The notes: generated by a model not told the origin, from the letters alone. Counted from the stretch's first letter, positions 39,396-48,162 are shown. The stretch is 64,000 nucleotides of DNA from Anaerolineales bacterium (GCA_035446285.1 DAOMSJ010000002.1:9369-73368), one strand, 5' to 3'. A program made the numbers and translations.

Positions 39396-39431
39396 TAAAA
39401 AAAGCCTCTGCCGTTTGGCAGAGGCTTTTTT
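39396..39431. terminator. bidirectional intrinsic terminator
   Basis: A-run, then GCCTCTGCC gttt GGCAGAGGC, then T-run, between convergent genes. Confidence 0.8.
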
Positions 39432-39443
39432 GTTGGCGTTTGC

Positions 39444-40478
39444 TTATTCGCCCGGATAGCGCATGCCCCATTGGGCCCGCAACGTATCCAGTGTGCGCAA
39501 GATAGCCAGCGACTCGTCGAGCGGCATGGTTTCGCTCTCCTGCAGGCCGGCTTGCAGGCAACGGCGCACCTCGGCGGCCTGGTAGCCGTAGCCGTCGCCC
39601 TTGTAAGGCGCGGTGAGCGTGCGCGTGCCCCCGTGCGGACGCACGGTACCGCCCTGCTGCAGGTGCAAGCGGCGCATCTTCCAGCCGCCGCGGTCCATCT
39701 CGATGCGAATATTACCCTCGCTGCCCAGGATCATAATGTCGTGGCGCATGCGGCCCGCAAAGCTGGCCGCCAACTGCGCCATGCCGCCGCTGGCATAGTG
39801 GAAGATGGCCGAGAAGCGCGTATCCACGCCGGTGGGCGCCAGCTCGGCCTTGGAGACGATCTCCTGCGGCTGGTCGCCGAACACCAGGCTGGCGAAGGAA
39901 ACGGGGTAGATGCCCAAATCGAGCAGCGCCCCGCCGCCAAGGGCCGGGGAATAGAAGCGATTATCGGCGGCGATGGGTGGCAGCGAGTGGAAGGCGGCGT
40001 GCAGCTGCAACGCTTGGCCGATAGCGCCGCGCTGCAGCAGCTCGCGCAGGGCGGAGACCAAGGGCAGCCACCGTACCCACATCGCCTCCATCAGGAACAG
40101 CTTGCGGCTGCGCGCAATCTCGATCAGCTCGGCCAACTGCGGCGCGTTGAGGGTGAAGGTCTTCTCGCACAGTACCGGCTTGCCGGCCAGCAAGGCGGCT
40201 TTCGTTTGCTCATAGTGCAAGTTGTTGGGTGAGGCGACGTAGATAACATCGATGCCGGGGTCAGCCAGCATGGCGTCCAGCGAGCCGTGCGCCTGCCCAC
40301 CGAACTGGCGCACAAAGGCGGCGGCCGACTGCGGCGTGCGTGATACCACGCCGCCGATGCGGTTGCCGGGCGCATGGCGCAGATCGCGCGCCATGGCGGC
40401 GGCCATCTTGCCGGCGGCGACGAAGCCCCAGGTGGTGGGTTGTGGGCGGGATGCTGACATGGGGAAACGCAAGACCAA
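39444..40478 (-). CDS. Gfo/Idh/MocA-family NAD(P) oxidoreductase
   Basis: 344 aa. N-terminal Rossmann WGFVAAGKMAAAMARDL. EKTF (EKP-type) motif VLCEKTFTLN. Alternative start at ATG 40460. Confidence 0.75.
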   Translation of the reverse strand: MVLRFPMSASRPQPTTWGFVAAGKMAAAMARDLRHAPGNRIGGVVSRTPQSAAAFVRQFGGQAHGSLDAMLADPGIDVIYVASPNNLHYEQTKAALLAGKPVLCEKTFTLNAPQLAELIEIARSRKLFLMEAMWVRWLPLVSALRELLQRGAIGQALQLHAAFHSLPPIAADNRFYSPALGGGALLDLGIYPVSFASLVFGDQPQEIVSKAELAPTGVDTRFSAIFHYASGGMAQLAASFAGRMRHDIMILGSEGNIRIEMDRGGWKMRRLHLQQGGTVRPHGGTRTLTAPYKGDGYGYQAAEVRRCLQAGLQESETMPLDESLAILRTLDTLRAQWGMRYPGE

Positions 40479-40505
40479 TTTCCTTCGTACAATTACTCGT
40501 AAGGG

Positions 40506-40533
40506 TTGACAATAGGGACATTTGTTCTATACT
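40506..40533 (+). promoter_or_regulatory. sigma-70-type promoter candidate for the methyltransferase gene
   Basis: TTGACA (40506-40511), 16-nt spacer, TATACT (40528-40533). Lies 67 nt upstream of ATG 40600 in an AT-rich islet. Confidence 0.5.
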
Positions 40534-40599
40534 TAGCGATAACAAAGTAGAACTATTGATTATACTGTTCAGCCGCAACTTTCAGGATACAATGCATTT

Positions 40600-41535
40600 A
40601 TGATGACCCCAGTTATGCTAAGAGATAAGGCTTGGGAGAAGACAGACCGCATCCCAAACTGGGTAAGAGGCAGAGTAGTTAGTCTAGACCAATATAATAC
40701 TCTGCCTGAGATTGCTGAATATTGTTGGAATTCTTTTCAAAGAATTCTCAAACAAGAACAGGTTCTTCTAGGGAATTACAAAATTATTGAGCCGAGTGCT
40801 GGCACTGGGTCTTTTTACAATATTCTGCCAAGGAAAAATAGGATTGGTATTGATGTAGAGAAGTACAAAGAGGAGTACATTCAGCAAGATTTTCTAACTT
40901 GGCACCCAAATAATACTGATCAAAGACCTTGTATTGCCATTGGCAACCCCCCCTTTGGATATAGGGGCTGGCTTGCACTTGCTTTTCTCAATAAAGCAGC
41001 TGAATTCTGTGATTACGCGGGCTTCATTCTACCGATGTCTTTTCAAAGTGATGGCAAAGGCAGCCCCAAGAATCGAGTCAAAGGCATGTCTCTACTGCAC
41101 TCCGAGAATCTACCCAAAGACTTATTCATTCGCCCCAATGGCGAAGGGGTGCAGGTAAATACTCTATGGCAGGTATGGAAAAAAGGCGATGCACCCGCCT
41201 TGCCTGATTTTAGTAAAGCAGATGAATTTATTGACCTTTTTACTGTTGATATAAGAAAAGAACGCCTGTGCGGGATGGACAAGATCAACGAATGCAACAC
41301 TTTTTTGCAACGGACATATTTCGGCAATCCCCCTAAGCTAGTCAGTGACTTCTCTGAAGTGAGATATGGCTGCGGTTATGGAGTAATAATCAAGAAGAAT
41401 AAAAGGAAGGTCCTAGGTATTCTCAACAAGATTGATTGGAATCAATACAGCAATCTGGCAACACATAACTGCAGACACATATCTATGTACCACATCAAAA
41501 CAGCATTGCTAGAGAATTTACAGAAAAATGTCTGA
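40600..41535 (+). CDS. N6-adenine DNA methyltransferase (gamma-class motif order, Eco57I/TaqI-like)
   Basis: 311 aa. Motif I IIEPSAGTGSF comes before motif IV IAIGNPPFG. AT-rich codon usage, unlike the flanks. Confidence 0.75.
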   Translation: MMTPVMLRDKAWEKTDRIPNWVRGRVVSLDQYNTLPEIAEYCWNSFQRILKQEQVLLGNYKIIEPSAGTGSFYNILPRKNRIGIDVEKYKEEYIQQDFLTWHPNNTDQRPCIAIGNPPFGYRGWLALAFLNKAAEFCDYAGFILPMSFQSDGKGSPKNRVKGMSLLHSENLPKDLFIRPNGEGVQVNTLWQVWKKGDAPALPDFSKADEFIDLFTVDIRKERLCGMDKINECNTFLQRTYFGNPPKLVSDFSEVRYGCGYGVIIKKNKRKVLGILNKIDWNQYSNLATHNCRHISMYHIKTALLENLQKNV

Positions 41536-42054
41536 CCCCGACTATAAAACCTTGTTTCTGAGCGCTTTAGCAAAGAATGTTGACAACCCCAAATGGAAAG
41601 ATGGTGATTTTGTAGCTATTAAAACAGTCTCTAACACTAAGGTGGGCTCTGTTGGACTAGATTTTATTGAGGGTCTTGTGATCATCTTTCAATTCCGTGC
41701 AGTTTTCCCTTAAACAAAAAGGCTCTTAGAGCAAAGCAAAGTTCATGGGATATAGAGATTAATGGTGTGAAGTTTGAACTCAAAACTGCAACAGAAGATG
41801 TAAGCGGAAGTTTTCAGTTTAATCACATTCGCTATCATCGACCCTACGATGCGGTTTTGTGTTTAGGTGTGACTCCTAACAATTTGTACTTTGGAGTATG
41901 GTCTAAGGCAGAAATTACTACTGGCAAAGCGGGCAGATTGGTAAGTATGGAAAAAGGGGGGAACGCATCGCACAAGTTAACAAAAAAACTAAGTAGTCTT
42001 TTGCCTATTAGTAAATTTGAACAGATAATCAACGATTTTAGTGTAGAAGCGTAA
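41528..42054 (+). pseudogene. PD-(D/E)XK restriction endonuclease, frame broken by a 1-nt deficit near 41677 (or assembly error)
   Basis: ORF 41528..41713 (..GSVGLDFIEGL) continues sensibly in the -1 frame (CDHLSIPCSFPLNKKALRAKQSSWDIEINGVKFELKTA..) to 42054. D-x8-E-x-K motif present. 8-nt start overlap with the methyltransferase stop. The break sits at CTTGT, which would be restored by CTTTGT. Confidence 0.55.
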
Positions 42055-42128
42055 TCATGCTTTTCGTATGTCCAAACAATAGCCTTAAACTGAAGCGTGT
42101 AAGCAGTTCTGGCTGCATGAACTTCGAG

Positions 42129-42137
42129 TTGTATAAT
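42129..42137 (+). promoter_or_regulatory. -10 element candidate for tRNA-Arg
   Basis: TTGTATAAT, with TATAAT at 42132-42137, 8 nt before the mature tRNA 5' end. No good -35 element. Confidence 0.3.
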
Positions 42138-42145
42138 AGCTTCAT

Positions 42146-42218
42146 GCGCCCATAGCTCAATGGATAGAGCAACTGACTTCGGATCAGTGGGTTGTGGGTT
42201 CGACTCCTGCTGGGCGCG
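42146..42218 (+). tRNA. tRNA-Arg (anticodon UCG)
   Basis: Hand fold: GCGCCCA TA GCTC AATGGATA GAGC A ACTGA CTTCGGA TCAGT GGGTT GTGGG TTCGACT CCTGC TGGGCGC G. 73 nt. Confidence 0.8.
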
Positions 42219-42301
42219 CTACGTAGCGGCAAAGCCGCTACTTTAGGGAGTTGCTGCCGTGCTTTCGCACAGTTACGCAACTCCTTAGTTTTTACGCTAA
42301 A

Positions 42302-42330
42302 AGGCAAAAATGGCTTCACCATTTTTGCCT
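42302..42330 (-). terminator. intrinsic terminator of mgtE
   Basis: Minus strand reads AGGCAAAAATGG tgaag CCATTTTTGCCT followed by TTT. It overlaps the mgtE stop codon. Confidence 0.65.
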
Positions 42331-43717
42331 ACAACCCCATCACGGCCTTGGCAATATACAGATAAATAGCCAGCCCGGTCGCATCCACCAGGGTGGTGAT
42401 GAGCGGTGCGCTCACCGCGGCCGGGTCGATCTTGAAGCGCTGCGCCAGCAGCGGGATCAGCGAGCCGATGGTATTGGCCCAGGTGCAGATCACCAGCACG
42501 GAAAGCGAAACGGTGAGCGCCAGCGCATCGCTGGAGCCCCAGAACTTGGCGCGCATGTACGACACGCTGCCCAGCAGCAGGCCGATCAATAGGCCGCTGA
42601 GCAGCTCACGGCCGACGACCTTCCAACTGTCACGCAGGGTGACCTCGCCCAGGGCCAGGCCGCGGATGAGGGTGGAGACGGTTTGGGCGCCGGTGTTGCC
42701 ACCGGTACCAATCAGCAGCGGGATGAAGAACGAGAGCGCCACCACGGCGGCGAGCTCGCTTTCAAAGTGGCGCAGCACCATACCGGTCAGCGTCTCGGCC
42801 ACGAACAGCAACAGCAGCCAGCCGATGCGGCGTGAGATGGCCGTCTTGAGCGGGATGGTGAAATAGGGCTGGTCTACCGGGCCGCTTTCCACACCACCGA
42901 AGCGCAAAATATCCTCGGTGCTTTCAGCGGCGAGCACATCGATGACATCGTCAACGGGAATGATGCCAAGCATACGCCCGCCGGGGTCGAGCACCGGCAT
43001 GGCCAGATAATCGTAGTGTGAGAGCAGGCGCGCTACGTCTTCGCGGTCGGTTTCGGGAGTCACGCTGACCAGTTGCGTATTCATCAGCTTGCCCAGCTTC
43101 CTGCGCGCCGGGGCCACCACCACCTCACGCAGCGAGACCACGCCTTCCAGTCGTTCCTCGTCATCTACCACGTAGAGATCATTCAGGGTTTCCACATCGG
43201 CATTCATGCGGCGCAGGCGCACTAGCGTATCGGCGGCGCGCCAGTCTTTGTGCACGCGCACAAACTTCTCGGTCATCATGCGCCCGGCGCTGTGCACGGG
43301 GTATTGCAGCAGGCGCTGGATATCAAGGGCGTGCCTGGGCTCCAGCGCCTCGAGGATGGCGCTGCGGCGGCGCGGGAACATGGGGATGATGTAGGCCGCC
43401 TCATCCATGGGCATAGCATCCACGATGGCGGCGATCTGGCCCACCTTCAACGGGGCGGCCACGTCGCGCACCAGATTGGGGGCCAGCTCGGCCAGCACCT
43501 CGGCCTGGCGTGGCAGATCCAGCGCGTTGAAGACGCGGCGGCGCTGGGCTACGTTGAGCCGCTCCAGCACATCACCAATGTTGGCGGGGTGCTGGCCGTG
43601 CAGCGCCGCCTTGAGGGCGGCGCCTTGGCGGCGCTCCAGCGCGGCACGCAGGCTGTGCTCCAGCTCCTCAGTATTAACCAGCTCATTTTTCTTGCCATTA
43701 TTCATCTGATGTTTCAT
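42329..43717 (-). CDS. mgtE: magnesium transporter MgtE
   Basis: 462 aa with N-domain, CBS pair and 5-TM C-terminal domain. GTGGNTGAQT block. Confidence 0.85.
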   Translation of the reverse strand: MKHQMNNGKKNELVNTEELEHSLRAALERRQGAALKAALHGQHPANIGDVLERLNVAQRRRVFNALDLPRQAEVLAELAPNLVRDVAAPLKVGQIAAIVDAMPMDEAAYIIPMFPRRRSAILEALEPRHALDIQRLLQYPVHSAGRMMTEKFVRVHKDWRAADTLVRLRRMNADVETLNDLYVVDDEERLEGVVSLREVVVAPARRKLGKLMNTQLVSVTPETDREDVARLLSHYDYLAMPVLDPGGRMLGIIPVDDVIDVLAAESTEDILRFGGVESGPVDQPYFTIPLKTAISRRIGWLLLLFVAETLTGMVLRHFESELAAVVALSFFIPLLIGTGGNTGAQTVSTLIRGLALGEVTLRDSWKVVGRELLSGLLIGLLLGSVSYMRAKFWGSSDALALTVSLSVLVICTWANTIGSLIPLLAQRFKIDPAAVSAPLITTLVDATGLAIYLYIAKAVMGL

Positions 43718-43807
43718 TGCGCCCTCGCCGCAGCGATTCTAACCGCCTATGGATTGCTGATACAATTTTTAGGCTGTTTCCACAACCAAAAAGCTAGAGG
43801 AGCTTGA

Positions 43808-45493
43808 ATGCCGGCTAAGAAGAAGCTGCATAAATCCACCAGCAAGACCAAGACCACTCCAGTTAAGAAATCCAAACCTGTCAAAAAGGCAGTAGCTGTC
43901 AAAAAGACAGCCGCTCGCAAGCCTGCGGCCAAAGGCAGCACGGCGCTAAACCTCAAGAAAGCCTTCTACAACCTCAACACGGCGGAGAGCTACGAGCACG
44001 CCGTGCGCAATGGCGAAGTCGTGCTGACCGCAGCCGGCCCGCTGAACGCTGTCACCACCCCGCACACCGGCCGCTCGCCCAAGGACCGCTTCGTGGTGCG
44101 TGAGAGCTACAGCGAGAACGATGTGCATTGGGGCAACGTCAACGTTGAGGTCAGTGAAAAAGTATTCGACCGCCTGCACCAGAAGATGGTGGCCTACCTC
44201 AACAAGCAGCCCAAGCTGTACGTGCGTGAGGTGTATGCCTGCGCCGACCCGGCCTACGAAATGCCGGTGCGCTTCGTCTCCACCTCGGCCTGGCACATGC
44301 TCTTCGTCAAGAACATGTTCCGCCACAAGCTGGAAATGAGCACCTTCGATGCCGAGTTCACCGTGCTGCACGCCCCCGAGTTGCAAGCGAATCCCAAAAC
44401 AGATGGCGTGCGCTCGGGCACTTTCATTGTGCTCAACCTGGAAAAGAAGATGGTGCTGATCGGCGGCACGCGCTACGCTGGCGAGCTGAAGAAATCCATC
44501 TTCTCTTCGCTCAACTACTTGCTGCCCAAGCAGGGCGTGCTCTCAATGCACTGCTCGGCCAACGTGGGCAGTGACCGCCGCACGGCGCTGTTCTTTGGCC
44601 TGTCTGGCACTGGCAAGACCACCCTCTCGGCTGACCCGTCACGCGCCCTCATCGGTGACGATGAGCACGGCTGGAGCGAGAACGGCGTTTTCAATCTTGA
44701 GGGCGGCTGCTACGCCAAGGTCATCAAGCTCTCGCAGGACGCCGAGCCGGATATCTGGGCCGCCTCGCACCGCTATGGCACCGTGCTGGAGAATGTGGTG
44801 CTTAATCCGGACCGCACGCTCAATCTGGACAGCGACGAGATCACCGAGAACACCCGCTCTGCATACCCCCTCAACTTCAACTCCAATACAGACCCCGACG
44901 GCATCGCCGGCCACCCCAACCACATCGTGTTCCTGAGCGCGGATGCGTGGGGCGTGCTGCCGCCAATCTCCAGGCTGACGCCCGAGCAGGCCATGTACTA
45001 TTTCCTCTCCGGCTACACCGCCAAGCTGGCCGGCACCGAGCGCGGCGTCACCGAGCCGCAGGCCACCTTCTCGGCCTGCTTCGGCGAGGTGTTCATGGTG
45101 TGGGACCCCACGGTCTACGCCGAGATGCTCGCCAAGAAGATGGCCGAGCACAACACGCAGGCCTGGCTGGTCAACACCGGTTGGACCGGCGGCCCCTACG
45201 GTGTGGGCAAGCGCATGAAGATCGGCTACACGCGCGCCATGGTGCACGCCGCCGTCGAAGGCCGCTTGGATGGTGTCGTCACCCAGACCGACCCGATCTT
45301 TGGCCTGGCCATCCCCACCAGCGCGCCGGACGTCCCCAGCGAGGTGCTGAACCCGCGTGACACCTGGGCCGATAAGGCTGCCTACGACACGCAGGCCGCC
45401 AAGCTGGCGGCGGAGTTCCACAAGAACTTCAAGCGCTTCGAGGGCTCAGCGAGCGCGGCCATCAAGGGCGCAGGACCGATTTCAAAAGGATGA
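43808..45493 (+). CDS. pckA: phosphoenolpyruvate carboxykinase (ATP) with Lys-rich N-terminal extension
   Basis: 561 aa. GAGGAG Shine-Dalgarno 6 nt before the ATG. TGRSPKDRFVV and kinase loop GLSGTGKTTLS. The first ~45 residues (PAKKKLHKSTSKTKTTPVKKSKPVKKAVAVKKTAARKPAAKG) precede the conserved core. Confidence 0.9.
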   Translation: MPAKKKLHKSTSKTKTTPVKKSKPVKKAVAVKKTAARKPAAKGSTALNLKKAFYNLNTAESYEHAVRNGEVVLTAAGPLNAVTTPHTGRSPKDRFVVRESYSENDVHWGNVNVEVSEKVFDRLHQKMVAYLNKQPKLYVREVYACADPAYEMPVRFVSTSAWHMLFVKNMFRHKLEMSTFDAEFTVLHAPELQANPKTDGVRSGTFIVLNLEKKMVLIGGTRYAGELKKSIFSSLNYLLPKQGVLSMHCSANVGSDRRTALFFGLSGTGKTTLSADPSRALIGDDEHGWSENGVFNLEGGCYAKVIKLSQDAEPDIWAASHRYGTVLENVVLNPDRTLNLDSDEITENTRSAYPLNFNSNTDPDGIAGHPNHIVFLSADAWGVLPPISRLTPEQAMYYFLSGYTAKLAGTERGVTEPQATFSACFGEVFMVWDPTVYAEMLAKKMAEHNTQAWLVNTGWTGGPYGVGKRMKIGYTRAMVHAAVEGRLDGVVTQTDPIFGLAIPTSAPDVPSEVLNPRDTWADKAAYDTQAAKLAAEFHKNFKRFEGSASAAIKGAGPISKG

Positions 45494-45520
45494 AGGATAA
45501 AGGCGGAAGGATGAAAATCC
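45486..45520. repeat. heptanucleotide-phased tract AAGGATG AAGGATA AAGGCGG AAGGATG AAAATCC
   Basis: Parsed by eye. It begins inside the last two codons and stop of pckA. An inverted copy of the same motif set lies at 45941-46038. Confidence 0.7.
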
Positions 45521-45537
45521 TTGCGTCCTCACACTAA

Positions 45538-45571
45538 CCAGAGACGGAAGGAGTACTCCTTCCGTCTCTGG
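45538..45571. terminator. perfect 15-bp hairpin shared by convergent pckA and the four-helix-bundle gene
   Basis: CCAGAGACGGAAGGA gta CTCCTTCCGTCTCTGG, with weak T-runs on both sides. Confidence 0.55.
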
Positions 45572-45577
45572 TTTAAG

Positions 45578-45940
45578 CTAGCGAGACTTAACTCGTTTCA
45601 CGATGGTAACGAAGATGGCCAACAGCTCATTCGTTTCCTTTTGGATAGCCGCAAGTGTTTCTGAGCTGCTTGGATTAATCTCGATTAGCAGATCAAGCCA
45701 ATACAAAACTTCTTCCAGCTCTTGAAGTGAACCTTCAATTTTTGTTACAAAATCTTTGTTCGATTTTGCGCGTTGGGCCTCCGCATACTGTGCACCAACA
45801 GAGGTTCCCGCTCTGAGCAGTTGCTTGCCGAGCACTTGTGCTTCCGTGCTCTTAGGAAGACTGGAATAAAGACGAACAATTTGAATCGCAAAGACTCTCG
45901 TCCGTTTTCTTAAATCCTGTCTGGGTTTATCTGTATTCAT
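45578..45940 (-). CDS. four-helix-bundle protein (23S rRNA intervening-sequence protein / Avd-like family)
   Basis: Track start 45982 trimmed to ATG 45940. RTRVFAIQIVRLYSSLPKSTEAQVLGKQLLRAGTSVGAQYAEAQRAKSNKDFVTKIEGSLQELEEVLYWLDLL is the family pattern. AT-richer than the flanks. Confidence 0.8.
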   Translation of the reverse strand: MNTDKPRQDLRKRTRVFAIQIVRLYSSLPKSTEAQVLGKQLLRAGTSVGAQYAEAQRAKSNKDFVTKIEGSLQELEEVLYWLDLLIEINPSSSETLAAIQKETNELLAIFVTIVKRVKSR

Positions 45941-46038
45941 CCCTCCTCCCACATCATTGTTTCTCCTCCCTCCGCCCCCCATCCTTGCCTTTCATCCTTC
46001 ATGCTTCCGCCCTCATCCTTTGCATCACCTCCTCCGCG
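45941..46038. repeat. heptanucleotide-phased tract (minus-strand reading AAGGATG AGGGCGG AAGCATG AAGGATG AAAGGCA AGGATGG GGGGCGG AGGGAGG)
   Basis: Parsed by eye. It is inverted relative to 45486-45520 and overlaps the last ~13 codons of the oxidase gene (..EVMQRMRAEA*). Confidence 0.7.
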
Positions 46039-46955
46039 CAGCCCCAGCTCAGCGTAAAGCCTGCCCCGCCGTGGCCGTAGTTGTGCACGACGATCGCCTC
46101 GCCGATGCGCTCCGCCTCTAGGCGCACCTCATGCCGCACGGGGCGCAAGCCCACACCGGTGGAGACGATCTCAACCTCCGTGAAAGCAGGGTGCAGGCTG
46201 GCAGCTTTGCGCAAGATCTCTGCCTGGTCTGCGGCGCGCACACTGGTATCCCAGTCACCCGCCTGGGCCGTGCCGCCCAGCACCACATCGGCGCTGCGCG
46301 GGATGATGTAACCGAGCCCGTTCGGCCCTTCGTCATCCAGGATGCTGTGCACCACCCCGTTCGGACGCACTTTCACCACCTGGCCGCGCACGGGGTGCAA
46401 GCTCTCATCGCCAAGCAAGTCGCGCGAGCCCAGGCCGGTGCAATTGACGATGAGGCTGCTTTCGGTGGCGGCTTCCTCGATGCTGCTCACCTCGCGCTGT
46501 ACGATCTGCCCACCCAAGCGCACGAACCAGGCCACCAGGTAATCCATGTACACGCTGGTATCGATGACGATCGACTCGGTCTCGAAGCCATCCACATATC
46601 CCACGGGCAGCTCGGCCGCCGCCAATCGCCGGTAGCTCGCCACCGCTCCCGCCCACCAGGGCGTCTCCACTGACTCTGCGTACAGGTCTTGCACCCGGGT
46701 CGGGCGGCAGCCGCTGGCCGGGTCTGGCAGCAGGTGCTGCTTGAAGTAGGCCAGCGTGCGGCTGGCCCACGGGCCAACCCGCTCCATGGGCTGCGCCAGG
46801 TACGGAAACCACAGCGCGGCGGCCTGGTTGGAGGTGGTGTGCGGCGGCAGCTCACGCGCCCAGATGGTCACGGCATGCCCGGCCTGCAGCAACAGGATGC
46901 CGCTGCTCAGGCCAGACACACCACAGCCTAAGACAAGCACAGGTTTTTGCGTCAT
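45999..46955 (-). CDS. FAD-dependent D-amino-acid oxidase-like oxidoreductase
   Basis: 318 aa. VLVLGCGVSGLSSG dinucleotide fold. HNYGHGGAGFTLSWGCA C-terminal signature. Confidence 0.8.
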   Translation of the reverse strand: MTQKPVLVLGCGVSGLSSGILLLQAGHAVTIWARELPPHTTSNQAAALWFPYLAQPMERVGPWASRTLAYFKQHLLPDPASGCRPTRVQDLYAESVETPWWAGAVASYRRLAAAELPVGYVDGFETESIVIDTSVYMDYLVAWFVRLGGQIVQREVSSIEEAATESSLIVNCTGLGSRDLLGDESLHPVRGQVVKVRPNGVVHSILDDEGPNGLGYIIPRSADVVLGGTAQAGDWDTSVRAADQAEILRKAASLHPAFTEVEIVSTGVGLRPVRHEVRLEAERIGEAIVVHNYGHGGAGFTLSWGCAEEVMQRMRAEA

Positions 46956-46986
46956 GCGCCCATTTTCCTAGTACAAAAGTGCCCGG

Positions 46987-47874
46987 TTAGGCACTCGCTG
47001 TGCGCTGGCGCCTATTGACCACAATGACGTTGCCCAGCAGCACCAATGCCACCCCGGCAAATTCAAACCAGCCCAGTTGCAAGCCCTCGAAAAGTACCGA
47101 GAGTGCCAAAGCAATCATCGGCACAAGCACGTTGACGTAGGCGGCACGGTCTGCGCCAATGCGGCCGAGCAGGGTCAGGTAACTGCCGAAAGCGATGACT
47201 GAGCCGAACAAGGCCAGATACAGCAGCGAGCCAACATAACTCAAAGAGGGGTCAAAGGTGAATTCGGTGCCGCGTAGCACGGCAAAGGCCAGCGTAGCCA
47301 ACGAGCCATACAGCATGCCATAGGCGTTGGTCTGCATCACCGGCAGTTGGGCGCGCTGGTTGCGCGCCGAGACGATGTTGCCCAGCGAGGCGGAGAGTGC
47401 TGCCAGCATGCCCAGCGTAATCCCCAGCAGGCGCGTGCCTTGCATTTGCAGGCCGGCCACCTCGGGCCAGAAGATGAGCGCCACACCGAACACGCCCACA
47501 AAGGCGCCCAGCAAAATGCGGCCGCTGACGGCGGTGCGCAGGAACAGCGCGCCGAAGAGCACATTGAAAACGATGAGGGCCGAGAACAGCACCGCTACCA
47601 GGCCGCTGGTGACATACACTTCAGAGAAGTACACCATGACATAGTTGAGCGAGAAGAGCAGCAGACCCTGCAACGCCATGAAGGCGTGCTGGCTGCGGCT
47701 GAAGCGCAAGTTCAGCCCGCGCCACTTGCTGTAGGCGAACAGGATCAGCGCGCCCAGCAGGAAGCGATACGCTACCGAGAGCTCTGGCGCCACTACGCCC
47801 AACTGAAACTTGATTGCCAGCCAGGTAGAGCCCCAGATCAAAACAGGAATGATGTACAGCAGCGTGTTACCCAC
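46987..47874 (-). CDS. EamA/DMT-family transporter
   Basis: 295 aa, 10 hydrophobic spans in two EamA-like halves. Confidence 0.7.
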   Translation of the reverse strand: MGNTLLYIIPVLIWGSTWLAIKFQLGVVAPELSVAYRFLLGALILFAYSKWRGLNLRFSRSQHAFMALQGLLLFSLNYVMVYFSEVYVTSGLVAVLFSALIVFNVLFGALFLRTAVSGRILLGAFVGVFGVALIFWPEVAGLQMQGTRLLGITLGMLAALSASLGNIVSARNQRAQLPVMQTNAYGMLYGSLATLAFAVLRGTEFTFDPSLSYVGSLLYLALFGSVIAFGSYLTLLGRIGADRAAYVNVLVPMIALALSVLFEGLQLGWFEFAGVALVLLGNVIVVNRRQRTASA

Positions 47875-47913
47875 GGTGACTCCGGATCGGTATATGAAAA
47901 AGAGAAATAGAGG

Positions 47914-48162
47914 TTAGCTAGCTTCGGCAGCGCAGCCTGCGGGCTTGTAGACGCGCTGTGTGGACGCAGGATTGTTTGCCAGCTTGTTGGCTGGCCGCAC
48001 CGGGCGCGTCACCAAACCGCCGCCGCAGTTGGGGCACACCAACTTCAGCTTGTCATGCGCGCAGGCCGCACAGAAGGTGCATTCAAAGGAGCAAATATAC
48101 GCCTGCGCGTCGGGCGGCAGGTCGGTATTGCAGCATTCGCAATTGGGGCGTAGTTCTAGCAT
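47914..48162 (-). CDS. DUF1272 Cys-rich zinc-ribbon protein
   Basis: 82 aa. MLELRPNCECCNTDLPPDAQAYICSFECTFCAACA...CPNCGG. Confidence 0.7.
   Translation of the reverse strand: MLELRPNCECCNTDLPPDAQAYICSFECTFCAACAHDKLKLVCPNCGGGLVTRPVRPANKLANNPASTQRVYKPAGCAAEAS

Noticed and set aside
42038-42322. 94-aa minus-strand ORF
   Set aside because: It overlaps tRNA-Arg and the mgtE terminator on the opposite strand, so it is not plausible as a gene.
40479-42330. Integrative element with att sites at tRNA-Arg
   Set aside because: There is no integrase or recombinase, and I could find no direct repeat of the tRNA 3' end at the far side of the islet. Only compositional evidence supports horizontal acquisition.
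43718-43807. Mg2+ (M-box) riboswitch upstream of mgtE
   Set aside because: The whole mgtE-pckA gap is 90 nt and must also hold two divergent promoters. That is too short for the M-box aptamer, and no matching helices were seen.
45578-45940. Diversity-generating retroelement (the four-helix-bundle protein acting as Avd)
   Set aside because: No reverse transcriptase, template/variable repeat pair or target gene is nearby. The neighbours are pckA and an oxidase.
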